Part shown: positions 52,878-64,000 of the stretch, one piece after another
Position numbering within the stretch: the stretch's first letter is position 1
Layout: the number at the start of each line of letters is the position of its first letter
Source: Octopus bimaculoides
Lineage: Eukaryota
Direction of reading: 5' to 3'
Length of the DNA: 64,000 nt
Assembly: GCF_001194135.2 (NCBI RefSeq)
Contig: NC_068986.1
Span: 103,181,648 to 103,245,647 of the forward strand
Made by a program: the position numbers and the translations under genes
Notes under the pieces: model-generated
Database searches by the model: none
The model's input: only the letters and a program-made list of their open reading frames with translations
What the model was told of the DNA's origin: nothing

Positions 52878-53110
52878 TATTTCTTTACTACCCACAAGGG
52901 GCTACACACAGAGGGGACAAACAAGGACAGACAAACGGATTAAGTCGATTACATCGACTCCAGTGCGTAACTGGTACTTATTTAATCGACCCCGAAAGGA
53001 TGAAAGGCAAAGTCGACCTCGGCGGAATTTGAACTTAAAACGTAACGGCAGACGAAATACCGCTAAGCATTTCGCCCGGCGTGCTAACGTTTCTGCCAGC
53101 TCGCCGCCTT
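52878..53110 (-). mobile_element. Young SINE B, tail type 2, inserted in a (TGTA)n tract
   Basis: Near-intact head; tail ...tttgtcccctctgtgtgtagccccttgtgggtagtaaagaaata; tgtatgtatgtatgt on both flanks. Confidence 0.9.
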
Positions 53111-53645
53111 TGTATGTATGTATGTATGTATGTATGTATGTATGTACGTATGTATGTTTATATGTACGTGTTTATAGATATAGAGACAGATGTCACTATA
53201 CATATGTATAAAGACATAAACACGCACACAGATATGCGTGTGCGAGTGCGTGTGTGTGTGTGCGTGTGTGTGTGTGCGTCTGCGTGTGTGTGTGCGTGTG
53301 TGTGTGCGTGTGCGTGTGTGTGTATACTCATACAAACGCCAGCATATTTGATTGTATTTAGTTTAAGAACTACGCTATAAAATGTGTAGGATGAATAATA
53401 AATGTATCACTGTTGCTGTAGACAACAGGTCATTGATCCAACCTACTCACTCAATTGTATTTGAAGTGGGTGAATATTCCACAGATGCGAGTAATTTTGA
53501 TTCTTCATTGAGGTATACTATGTGGCAAACTCTATGGTACGTTAAAATCATGTGCCCACACACTCACCTGTACAGTATACGATCTGATCTTCTATTCTTT
53601 CCATATGTTTCACACACCTACTCTTAAATATACACACACACACAT

Positions 53646-53704
<59 letters not shown>

Positions 53705-54151
53705 NNNNNNNNNNNNNNNNNNNNNNNNNNNNNNNNNNNNNNNNNNNNNNNNNNNNNNNNNNNNNNNNNNNNNNNNNNNNNNNNNNNNNNNNNNNNNNNN
53801 NNNNNNNNNNNNNNNNNNNNNNNNNNNNNNNNNNNNNNNNNNNNNNNNNNNNNNNNNNNNNNNNNNNNNNNNNNNNNNNNNNNNNNNNNNNNNNNNNNNN
53901 NNNNNNNNNNNNNNNNNNNNNNNNNNNNNNNNNNNNNNNNNNNNNNNNNNNNNNNNNNNNNNNNNNNNNNNNNNNNNNNNNNNNNNNNNNNNNNNNNNNN
54001 NNNNNNNNNNNNNNNNNNNNNNNNNNNNNNNNNNNNNNNNNNNNNNNNNNNNNNNNNNNNNNNNNNNNNNNNNNNNNNNNNNNNNNNNNNNNNNNNNNNN
54101 NNNNNNNNNNNNNNNNNNNNNNNNNNNNNNNNNNNNNNNNNNNNNNNNNNN

Positions 54152-54197
<46 letters not shown>

Positions 54198-54472
54198 GAC
54201 GTGCTTCGTTCAATTTCCTTCTACCAAATCCACTCACATGGTAGTGGTCAGCCCGTGACTATGGGAGAAAATACTTGCTTAGGTTTCTACGCTTTGGTAT
54301 GGACCCGGAACCATGAGGTTGAGAAGTAAGCGTCTAACTCCACAGAAACGCTTTCGCCTGTGCACACAGCCACACATACGTCTGTTTATGCATACATATA
54401 TGTTGATATGTATGTTGCGCGCACGTGATTATGTGTATGAATGTGTTTGAGCGTGCCTCTCCTCTAACAGAG

Positions 54473-54553
54473 TTCTTCCACGCCGAGATAATGGCGCTTC
54501 AGCATCGCTGGAGAAAGTGTTCAGCCATCAAGGTGGACTATGTTGCAAAATAA
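54473..54553 (+). pseudogene. C-terminal fragment of a mariner (DD34D-type) transposase
   Basis: FFHAEIMALQHRWRKCSAIKVDYVAK* matches the mariner end motif F..GI..L..RW.KC....GDY.E. Confidence 0.65.
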
Positions 54554-56071
54554 ATCATCAGAAGTCTTGTACTATGTTTTTTTCCTTTGTTTTTTTTTGT
54601 TTTTTTGTGGTTTTTTTTTTTTTTTTTTGAAGCTCAAGACTTTTCAAACACCTCTCGTATATACGTTTACTCCTAGGTAGAGAAATGACAAACTACTCGT
54701 TTCATTAATATATGAATACATGAATACTACGTTTACTCCCAGGTAGAGAAACGACAAACTATGTGTCAGATGACCCCATGTCCGAAATAAACCAACAGTC
54801 CGTCTGACAGCATCAGCTTTTCCGTTTCCTCATTTTATAAACACACATTTAATATACACAGAAGATCAACCCTCAAGGCTATTTGTTGGAGGTGTCGCAA
54901 TGATGAATCNNNNNNNNNNNNNNNNNNNNNNNNNNNNNNNNNNNNNNNNNNNNNNNNNNNNNNNNNNNNNNNNNNNNNNNNNNNNNNNNNNNNNNNNNNN
55001 NNNNNNNNNNNNNNNNNNNNNNNNNNNNNNNNNNNNNNNNNNNNNNNNNNNNNNNNNNNNNNNNNNNNNNNNNNNNNNNNNNNNNNNNNNNNNNNNNNNN
55101 NNNNNNNNNNNNNNNNNNNNNNNNNNNNNNNNNNNNNNNNNNNNNNNNNNNNNNNNNNNNNNNNNNNNNNNNNNNNNNNNNNNNNNNNNNNNNNNNNNNN
55201 NNNNNNNNNNNNNNNNNNNNNNNNNNNNNNNNNNNNNNNNNNNNNNNNNNNNNNNNNNNNNNNNNNNNNNNNNNNNNNNNNNNNNNNNNNNNNNNNNNNN
55301 NNNNNNNNNNNNNNNNNNNNNNNNNNNNNNNNNNNNNNNNNNNNNNNNNNNNNNNNNNNNNNNNNNNNNNNNNNNNNNNNNNNNNNNNNNNNNNNNNNNN
55401 NNNNNNNNNNNNNNNNNNNNNNNNNNNNNNNNNNNNNNNNNNNNNNNNNNNNNNNNNNNNNNNNNNNNNNNNNNNNNNNNNNNNNNNNNNNNNNNNNNNN
55501 NNNNNNNNNNNNNNNNNNNNNNNNNNNNNNNNNNNNNNNNNNNNNNNNNNNNNNNNNNNNNNNNNNNNNNNNNNNNNNNNNNNNNNNNNNNNNNNNNNNN
55601 NNNNNNNNNNNNNNNNNNNNNNNNNNNNNNNNNNATATATATATATATATATACATATATACATATAATTATATATGTATGCATATGTACAGAAAGAAAG
55701 GAAGAAAGAAACGTATACATATATAACACTTTCAGGCGCTCTTGTCCGCTGCCTAGGCCTAGTGAAATATGCGAATCTTCCTATGTGAATGTAAGCGTGA
55801 ATGATCGAGTTTATTCATAAGCTAGCGAGTGCCCAAACACGTATTGGTGTATTTATACTTATCCTTATGCACCTTTTTAAGCATTCATGCAAAATGATTT
55901 CCACTGGAAATTACATAATTGATATTCGTAGTGTTATATAATCATACACAAAACACACATGTATGCATATATGTGAATATAATACACATATACGTATATA
56001 TTTACAAATATACGTATATATTTACACACACACATATATATATATACATATACGTACATACATATTTACAG

Positions 56072-56124
<53 letters not shown>

Positions 56125-56629
56125 TATATATACATCTATATGTATAAATNNNNNNNNNNNNNNNNNNNNNNNNNNNNNNNNNNNNNNNNNNNNNNNNNNN
56201 NNNNNNNNNNNNNNNNNNNNNNNNNNNNNNNNNNNNNNNNNNNNNNNNNNNNNNNNNNNNNNNNNNNNNNNNNNNNNNNNNNNNNNNNNNNNNNNNNNNN
56301 NNNNNNNNNNNNNNNNNNNNNNNNNNNNNNNNNNNNNNNNNNNNNNNNNNNNNNNNNNNNNNNNNNNNNNNNNNNNNNNNNNNNNNNNNNNNNNNNNNNN
56401 NNNNNNNNNNNNNNNNNNNNNNNNNNNNNNNNNNNNNNNNNNNNNNNNNNNNNNNNNNNNNNNNNNNNNNNNNNNNNNNNNNNNNNNNNNNNNNNNNNNN
56501 NNNNNNNNNNNNNNNNNNNNNNNNNNNNNNNNNNNNNNNNNNNNNNNNNNNNNNNNNNNNNNNNNNNNNNNNNNNNNNNNNNNNNNNNNNNNNNNNNNNN
56601 NNNNNNNNNNNNNNNNNNNNNNNNNNNNN

Positions 56630-56667
<38 letters not shown>

Positions 56668-57282
56668 TAGGGAGTCTTGTGAGTGTGATGATCCCTGTCT
56701 GATTAAGCACAAATTACAAATGTGTATTTAAAATTATCGGAAAAGTAACGCAAATAACTGCGTAATACGTATGTGGCCGTTGCTGCGTACGTGTATTAAT
56801 GGCATGTTTCTATATTTTCTAAAATGTATACTTGTAGCCAAATATATTAATATATATTTATGTTCGACCATGTGTGCAATAGTAGATTATAGTGATATTC
56901 GTGCATGAGAAAGGACATTTACAGAAGAAAAAAAAATGTAGTGAAAACAAATTTAGAGATTCACATAGGACGATACCCCAAAAGCACGCACACAAATTAT
57001 GTTCGTACATATCAATTTGGATTATTCTGCAACCAAATTATTCTGACACTTAATACCCTTCCATGAAAAAGTAGGCATATAATATTTTTGTTTTGCTTTG
57101 TTTTGTTTTTTATGCAATAGGAATAGGCCCGAAATTTTGTAGGGAGCAGATAATCGATCACATCGATTCTAGCCCTCAATTGGTAGTTATTTTATCGAAA
57201 TCGAAGGAAACAAAGACGAAGTTGGCGTCGGGGATATTGGAATTCAAACCGTAAGTAGAGAAGCTATGCTGCTAAGCATTTG

Positions 57283-57997
57283 CTTTTCTACTCTAGGCAC
57301 AAGGCCTGAAATTTTGGGGGAAGGGGCCAGTCGATTACATCGACCCCAGTATGCAACTGGTACTTAATTTATTGACCCCGAATGTACGAAAGGCAAAGTC
57401 GATTTCAGCGGAATTTGAACTCAAAACGTAAAGACAGACGAAATAAAAATAAAAGTGATAAATGCACCCTTTTAAAGCCTAGCCAGGCTCATGGGCCGGT
57501 TTCCCGGTTTCACTGGCGTACGTGCTCCACAGCCGGACGGGACGCCAGTCCATCGCAGCGTTACTCATTTTTGCCAGCTGAGTGGACTGGAGCAACGTGA
57601 AATGAAGTGTTTTGCTCAAGAACACAACGCGTCGCCCAGTGCAGTAATCGAAACCACAATCTTACGAACTTAGTGCTGACACCCTAACCACTAAGCCACG
57701 CGTCTCCACAAAGACAAGCGAAATACCACTAAACATTTCGCCAAGCATGTTAACGCTTTTTATTTCTTTATTGCCCACAGACAAGGGGATAAACATAGAG
57801 AAAACAAACAAGGACAGACAAACGAATTAAGTCGATTACATCAACCCCAGTGCGTAACTGGTACTTAATTTATCGACCCCGAAAGGATGAAAGGCAAAGT
57901 CGACCTCAGCGAAATTTGATCTCAGAACACAAAGACAGACGAAATACCGCTAAGCATTTCGCCCGGCGTGTTAACGTTTTTGCCAGCTCTCCGCCTT
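57283..57997 (-). mobile_element. Nested SINE stack: SINE B (57283-57757) interrupted by SINE C (57446-57709), followed by a type-2 SINE B (57760-57997)
   Basis: TSD aaagac(ag/aa)(ac/gc)gaaata at 57430-57445 and 57710-57725; SINE C head gtggagacgcgtggcttagtggttagggtgtcagca with CORE-like cttgagcaaaacactt..aaatgagta. Confidence 0.85.
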
Positions 57998-58235
57998 AAA
58001 TGTTGCTAAGCATAATGCCTGGCGCGTTAAGGACTCAGCAAGCTCGCGCCTTGGGTATATGCATTATATCATAATTCATGTATATCATGTAAATAGAAAT
58101 TTGGTAAAACATACAGAGAAATAGAATTGAACACAAGGGCAAATAATGAGTACATCATAGTGAGTATAGAATATATGAGTATAAAAATCGATAAGTATCT
58201 TTATATTGAGTGACTTGACAGACACACACAAATAC

Positions 58236-58267
<32 letters not shown>

Positions 58268-58370
58268 GGAGAGGGAGANNNNNNNNNNNNNNNNNNNNNN
58301 NNNNNNNNNNNNNNNNNNNNNNNNNNNNNNNNNNNNNNNNNNNNNNNNNNNNNNNNNNNNNNNNNNNNNN

Positions 58371-58407
<37 letters not shown>

Positions 58408-59209
58408 CGATGAAGATGCATACATACACATTTATGTGTCTGTGTATACCTGTATAAACAAGTGTGTGTGTGTGTGTGTGTTAGAGATGGTTTTCATTTG
58501 TGTGTGTCTCTGTTTGTTTGTGAGAATTCTAAGTATGCGTTCATTTATTCTTGTAAACTTCTTGAAAGAATAACTTGTTAATCTTTCAAATGCACCAAAT
58601 GACAGTCTGTTTTAGGTGATGTAAAACAACAATTACATGGACAATTATTATAAATAGAAAATGTTAAATCTTAAAATGTGAAATATTAAATTTCTAAATG
58701 AAGTAAGAATCTAAAAGTAAACAGAGATTTTAATTTTTTTCGTTTGTAGCTTATAACCATAAATTTTCCGACATGTTCATTTGCGAATCTGTATATTTAA
58801 TAACATTCATATAAATTTGTTTCCATATGTGCAGTGTTATGGCTTTCATTTTTTACTTATTTCAATCATTTGGACTGCGGCCATGCTGGGGCAACGTATT
58901 GAAGCGATTTAATCAAACAGAGCGACCCCTTGTACTTATATTTTAAGACTGGAATTTATTGCTTTTCGTTTGTCGAGCAGGTGAATTACAGGGACGCAAA
59001 TAAGCAAACGCCGTTTGACTAAGACTGAGAGATACAAACCATGCACGTAAAAGTGAACACACGCAAACAGATAAATAGATGGATAGATAAATAGACAGAC
59101 AGACAGATGGATAGGTATGTAGGCTGGATGGATGGATGGGTAGGTAGGTAGGTAGGTAGGTAGGTAGGTAGGTAGGTGGGTAGGTAGATAGATAGATAGA
59201 TAGAGAGAG

Positions 59210-59271
<62 letters not shown>

Positions 59272-59314
59272 ACAGAGAAAGAGATAGAAAGATCTACAGA
59301 TAGACATACATACA

Positions 59315-59347
<33 letters not shown>

Positions 59348-59389
59348 GCATACATACATATATGCATACATACATATATGCTTATATAC

Positions 59390-60010
59390 ATAATAAGAAG
59401 CCATAGTATGGTAGAACCCATAGCTACTCATAATAAAAAGGAGTTCCAGTGAAGACCTCAATGAAATGTAAGGACAACAGACCTGACATAATGATTAGGG
59501 ATAGAGAAGAGAAACTGTGTGCAGTTGTGGAAATTAGCTGCCCAGCGGATGTTAACATAAAGCTGAAGATCAGTGAAAAAGAGAACACCTACGCTGAACA
59601 ATTAAGAAATTTGTAGTTACTCTATCAAGGCTACAGACTTAGGTTTATACCAGTAATTATTGGGGGCCTGGGATATGTAACACTGCATAAATGCCAATCT
59701 GGATAAATTAGGCTTCTCAAAACCGGAAAGGAGAAAGCTAATTCGAAGACTACTGATCCAATTCATCTCTAGAACTGTAAAAATCAGTAAAACTTCCCAG
59801 TTTATCATTTTAGATATGTATGATCATGTCTAGATATGCAAATCTATGCATGACAATGCATGCATAATGCAAAACATACAAATCTGCACACATACATACA
59901 TACATAGAAACAAAAATACCCTGTTGATGTTGAAATTCCAATGAAGGAGCCTTGAACCTACGTTAGAAACCGACTTTTTTTATTATTGGTAAGAAATCTT
60001 CGAATAAAAC
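59390..60010 (+). mobile_element. 3' fragment of a second R4-like RLE LINE family, embedded in (TACA)n
   Basis: KDNRPDIMIRDREEKLCAVVEISCPADVNIKLKISEKENTY..RFIPVIIGGLGYV (RPD..E..P..K..Y RLE motif); 3' UTR ends aataaaacaaaacaat; (cata)n on both sides. Confidence 0.8.
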
Positions 60011-60494
60011 AAAACAATGACATACAAAAAAACATATATACGTGCATGTATATCTTGCATACATGCATACATAAATACATAAATATATACTTACATACAT
60101 GTATCCACATATACATAAATACATACATACATGTATTCATGCATGCATACATAAATAATACCTACATACATGCACGTATGCATACATACACACGTAGATA
60201 CATACATACATACATACATACATACATACATACATACATACATACATACATAAATTCATACGCACATACAAACTATATTCATACAAAAATAGTGCTAGGG
60301 TCTATAATAGAAGACATTTGCCCAAGGTGCTGACCACTGGAACTTCATCTGGAACCTCGTAGCTGCATAGCGAATTCCTTCAACACACAGCCACATGTTT
60401 TTATTCGTTATGTGTTCACTCAGTAAATGGATCCTTTATATAACAATGAATATGCAGAAGTAAAACTAACGTTTGACAGAATTGCATACAATAT

Positions 60495-61026
60495 GGATCT
60501 ATTTTAAAACGGGGGCCACATTTTTCATTAATGTTTTACGTAGTGTTTTTGGTACCGAAAGACTTTCAAACTTCGTATACTTATCTATTTTGTGTTATAG
60601 AACAGAAAAATATTTTTGTATTCGAATTTATTTCATGTAAAAAATTGTCTTATTTCGATAATTTCAACCAATCACTGACAAGTATTCAGTTGTTTACATT
60701 TCCTCCTTTGGTTTAAAGCGTATTTAATCTCCATACCTTCGTTTTATTTGCTTTTTTTCATTTTAAATTTGCTTTAACCCTAACCCTAACCCTAACCCTA
60801 GGGTTAGGGTTAGGGTTAATTGTTTCAGAATCGTTTGTTTATGTAGTCGGCACTTAACGTATATCGGCTGAATGGACGTCAGTGATTGGTGCAATAACTT
60901 CTGGATTTCTTTTTTTTTTAAGAAGACTAAGAGAAAAAGATGTTTTATATGACACATTGTACCAGTGTTCCAAGTTTCAAAGTGTTTCGTTAATGAAAAA
61001 TGTGGCCCCCGTTTTAAAAAAGATCC
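60495..61026 (-). mobile_element. Merlin-like MITE with telomeric palindrome, copy 2 (opposite orientation)
   Basis: GGATCT...AGATCC termini, same TIR as copy 1; perfect 8-bp TSD tacaatat (60487-60494, 61027-61034). Confidence 0.9.
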
Positions 61027-62847
61027 TACAATATATTTGGATATCCCTTATATAATTTAGTTTGCTAGAAGACATCCACGAAGTGAAATTAATCCTGCGA
61101 TTAGTATTCAAAGCAACTAACTATTATGATTCTCCGTTGCATTTTACTGACAAGGCATTTATGCAATAGTTGTGCTGAATGCTCAGTTCATCAACCAGCC
61201 TTGAAATTCACCTCACGCCTTGCAGCTAATTAGCAAGCAAGATTCTTACACACTATACCGTCAGCTTCCCTCGTGCATAAATATACAAGGGTAGGACAAA
61301 GTAATGGAAACACCACGTTTATTTGGTCCACCCCGACTTATAGTAGAACACAACGAAGATGTCATGATGTGAGACCAAACCAGAAGTCATGGGGCTGGAG
61401 TTCAAACTTTTGACCAAACAACTATGTCTGCGCCTATGCTAAATTTCACAATTTAACGAGTATTCACTATTTAGCGAGTATATAACGAACGGGAAGATTT
61501 TCTCGCAATTTTATAGTTTATAACTAGCGCAACAAATAAATATAAAGCCGAGATAACATACTTTAAGCCGCCAGAACCAGACTACGAAAGTATGCTGGGA
61601 AATTCAATCTTTCGATGATGATTAATGCTACACAATGATGCAGGTGATTCGCTTGAGGATTGTATGATGTTATGGGGGCTGAAAATATATCACACTGTAG
61701 ACGGGTAATGTAATTTCTGGTATGAATATAAATGAAAGTAGTAAAATGTATTGTGAATGGTAAATACACAAAAGAGGAGCCTCCAGCACATCTGAACAAA
61801 TGGTTCATAATAACCGTTAATTCTCTAATTTATCTGATCATAGTTTTTGAACAGAGATTTATTTTGAGACTTGGCTTCCATAGTTATTTCATTTGAAATG
61901 TTATTGATTATTATTTTATTTTTTTTTGTGTGTGTGTGTTCGTGTCACTAATTTGATATTTTTCTCTCTTTTGTATGTATAAATAGATTCACTATAGAAG
62001 TAAGAGTCGATATACAACTTGTCTACCTACTAGAAATAACAACCAAATCTCTCTTAAATGTACCCATACCCACATTGGCACGTTCGTTGATGTAGAAAAC
62101 ACACATGTCATAGATACCACTGAAAACGGTATTATTCTGGATAGAGAGGTAATGGCCGGAATGGATTTGCTGATAATGTGTATCTTCTCTTATTGAAGTT
62201 TACATTGGCGTTAAACAAATTAACAACGGCAGGATAGATAAAAGGTAATAACATAAGTGTGACTTGAAAGATGGAGACACGTTTCTGCCAAACTAAGCCC
62301 TTACTATTGTTATCGGCGTCTCCTTTAACGACCTATCTCGATAATAATTGTTCAGTATAGTTCAATTAGAAGTGTGTTACAAAACACACTAATCAGAGAA
62401 GCCGGATTGAAACACGTTCTGCTTAGCTATTTGAAATTCTAATACATTAATGAATAATTGGAAGAATCGACGAAACCAATCAGTCTCGGAGGAATTTCAT
62501 TGAGCAAGGAACTGACAGAAATTGCTGCAATGTGAATGATAAGAACGTGAGTGGTTGGAATAGAAATTGATATTATTAACAAGAACAAATTCAAGTATAG
62601 GTGGATGAGAAATGCATACTGCACTCTGACTATGAAAGAAGATATCTGTCTTAATAGCATTCAGTCTCTTTATCTTTTTAGCAATTTATCTTCCCTTTAC
62701 TTATGCTTCTGTCTTTTTATTTCACTCTCCCTATCTCTCTCGTCCTCTCTCTCGTGGGATATGTGTGTATGTGTTTGTGTGTTTATGTATGTACATATAC
62801 ATGTATAGATAGGTATGTATATGTATATAAATATATCAAAATAAATA

Positions 62848-62940
<93 letters not shown>

Positions 62941-62969
62941 GTGTGTGTATATATATATGTGTGTGTGTG

Positions 62970-63023
<54 letters not shown>

Positions 63024-63459
63024 CATGCGTATAGATACATATACCCATGTGTGTAAGCAATTATGCACTTATACTTGCGGAAACTTTTACATGTATGTAT
63101 TTATGTGTGTGTGTGTGTGTGTGTGCGTGCGTGCGTGTACGTGTGTAAGTATGTGTTTATTTGTGTATTGATTTTCGTCTCGATAGATTGGTTGGAACTA
63201 CTTAGTTTCCTAACCGTCGCAGTATTGCTAACAGAGTTTCTTGTCATCTTTACCAAAAGTTTTATTATTTGTTCTCAATGCTTGCTTTAAGCATACACAC
63301 ATGAATGCTTGTGGTGGATATACCCATGCACACGATGATTATTGAGAAAGTAATGCGAAAGTTGACATGACATTTTTATTAACTGATGCAACCGTTCAAA
63401 TGACACACCTTCGTCCATTAGTCTTCCTCTATTGTAATTCTTGCTTCTTGTTCTTTCTT

Positions 63460-64000
63460 CAAGGCAAACCAGGGACTTGAAGGTAAAGCGACGTGCCTTT
63501 ATTGGGTTCTTGAAGGGGGAGTATAGTCTGTCCGGTATCCATACAAAGCTGAAGGCTGTTGGCAGAGATGACACAATGAACAGTATTGAAGACAGACCAT
63601 GCAATCATCTGCGTCCACTGATACGAATAGCCAGCGACTGGAAGAGCTGCTTACCTTAGACACACAGTTCACAATCTTACGCTCAGTGCGTATCAAATCG
63701 GTACATCAGCAGTGAACGCACGATTTCAAGGAGAACAGGAGAAATATACTCTGATCTGCTGGAGACGTTTGAAACTAAGGAAAGCATGTATTTACTCCCC
63801 ATCTGGTGAGAGGGGATATAATGCAACTGCATTTTCATGAAAGAAAATGTAGACTCCATCCACTGAATTGTTTTACACCTCCACTCCAAAACATAGAAGG
63901 AACAAGAGTTAGCGATTCGTATGAAAAATCATGGCACTCTTTCAGGATCACAAGGACGTAATTCACATTCATGTTCTAGAACAGCGAATATTATCTTAAG
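63460..64000 (+). pseudogene. Decayed mariner (DD34D-type) transposase 5' part, running off the window
   Basis: KRRAFIGFLKGEYSLSGIHTKLKAVGRD..IEDRP (HTH region) and KIMALFQDHKDVIHIHVLEQ (cf. KVMA.VFWD.KG.I.ID.LE); many indels. Confidence 0.6.

Noticed and set aside
54661-54762. Local duplication of about 36 bp (tacgtttactcc.aggtagagaaa.gacaaacta)
   Set aside because: Only two copies, no ORF or structure; ordinary slippage duplication.
2446-58457. Dozens of long ORF-track entries with X runs or YI/HT/CV/LS dipeptide repeats
   Set aside because: They are translations of N-gaps and (TA)n, (CA)n, (CT)n or (GATA)n microsatellites, not genes.

Overview
AT-rich, gappy eukaryotic genomic DNA (18 N-gaps, about 7 kb in total, most flanked by microsatellites). 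The repeat families are of the kind typical of Octopus (coleoid cephalopod) assemblies; this taxon call is an inference. No host protein-coding gene can be identified with confidence. There are only a few weak splice-bounded exon candidates, and nearly all long ORF-track entries are microsatellite or N-gap artefacts. The window is mostly decayed mobile elements. (1) At least four tRNA-headed SINE families (my labels A-D), some nested with clear TSDs. (2) Fossil IS630/Tc1/mariner transposons of four types (DD41D-like, DD37D, DD34D, DDxE). (3) R4/Dong-like RLE LINE 3' fragments embedded in (TAA)n and (TACA)n tracts. (4) Penelope-like remnants. Two structures stand out. The first is an inverted pair of a tRNA-headed short element, each copy carrying a minimal type I hammerhead ribozyme motif (45951-46479). 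The second is two copies of a Merlin-like MITE with 8-bp TSDs whose centre is a back-to-back telomeric palindrome (CCCTAA)n(TTAGGG)n (33429-34020, 60495-61026). All calls were made by eye; no database search or folding program was run.
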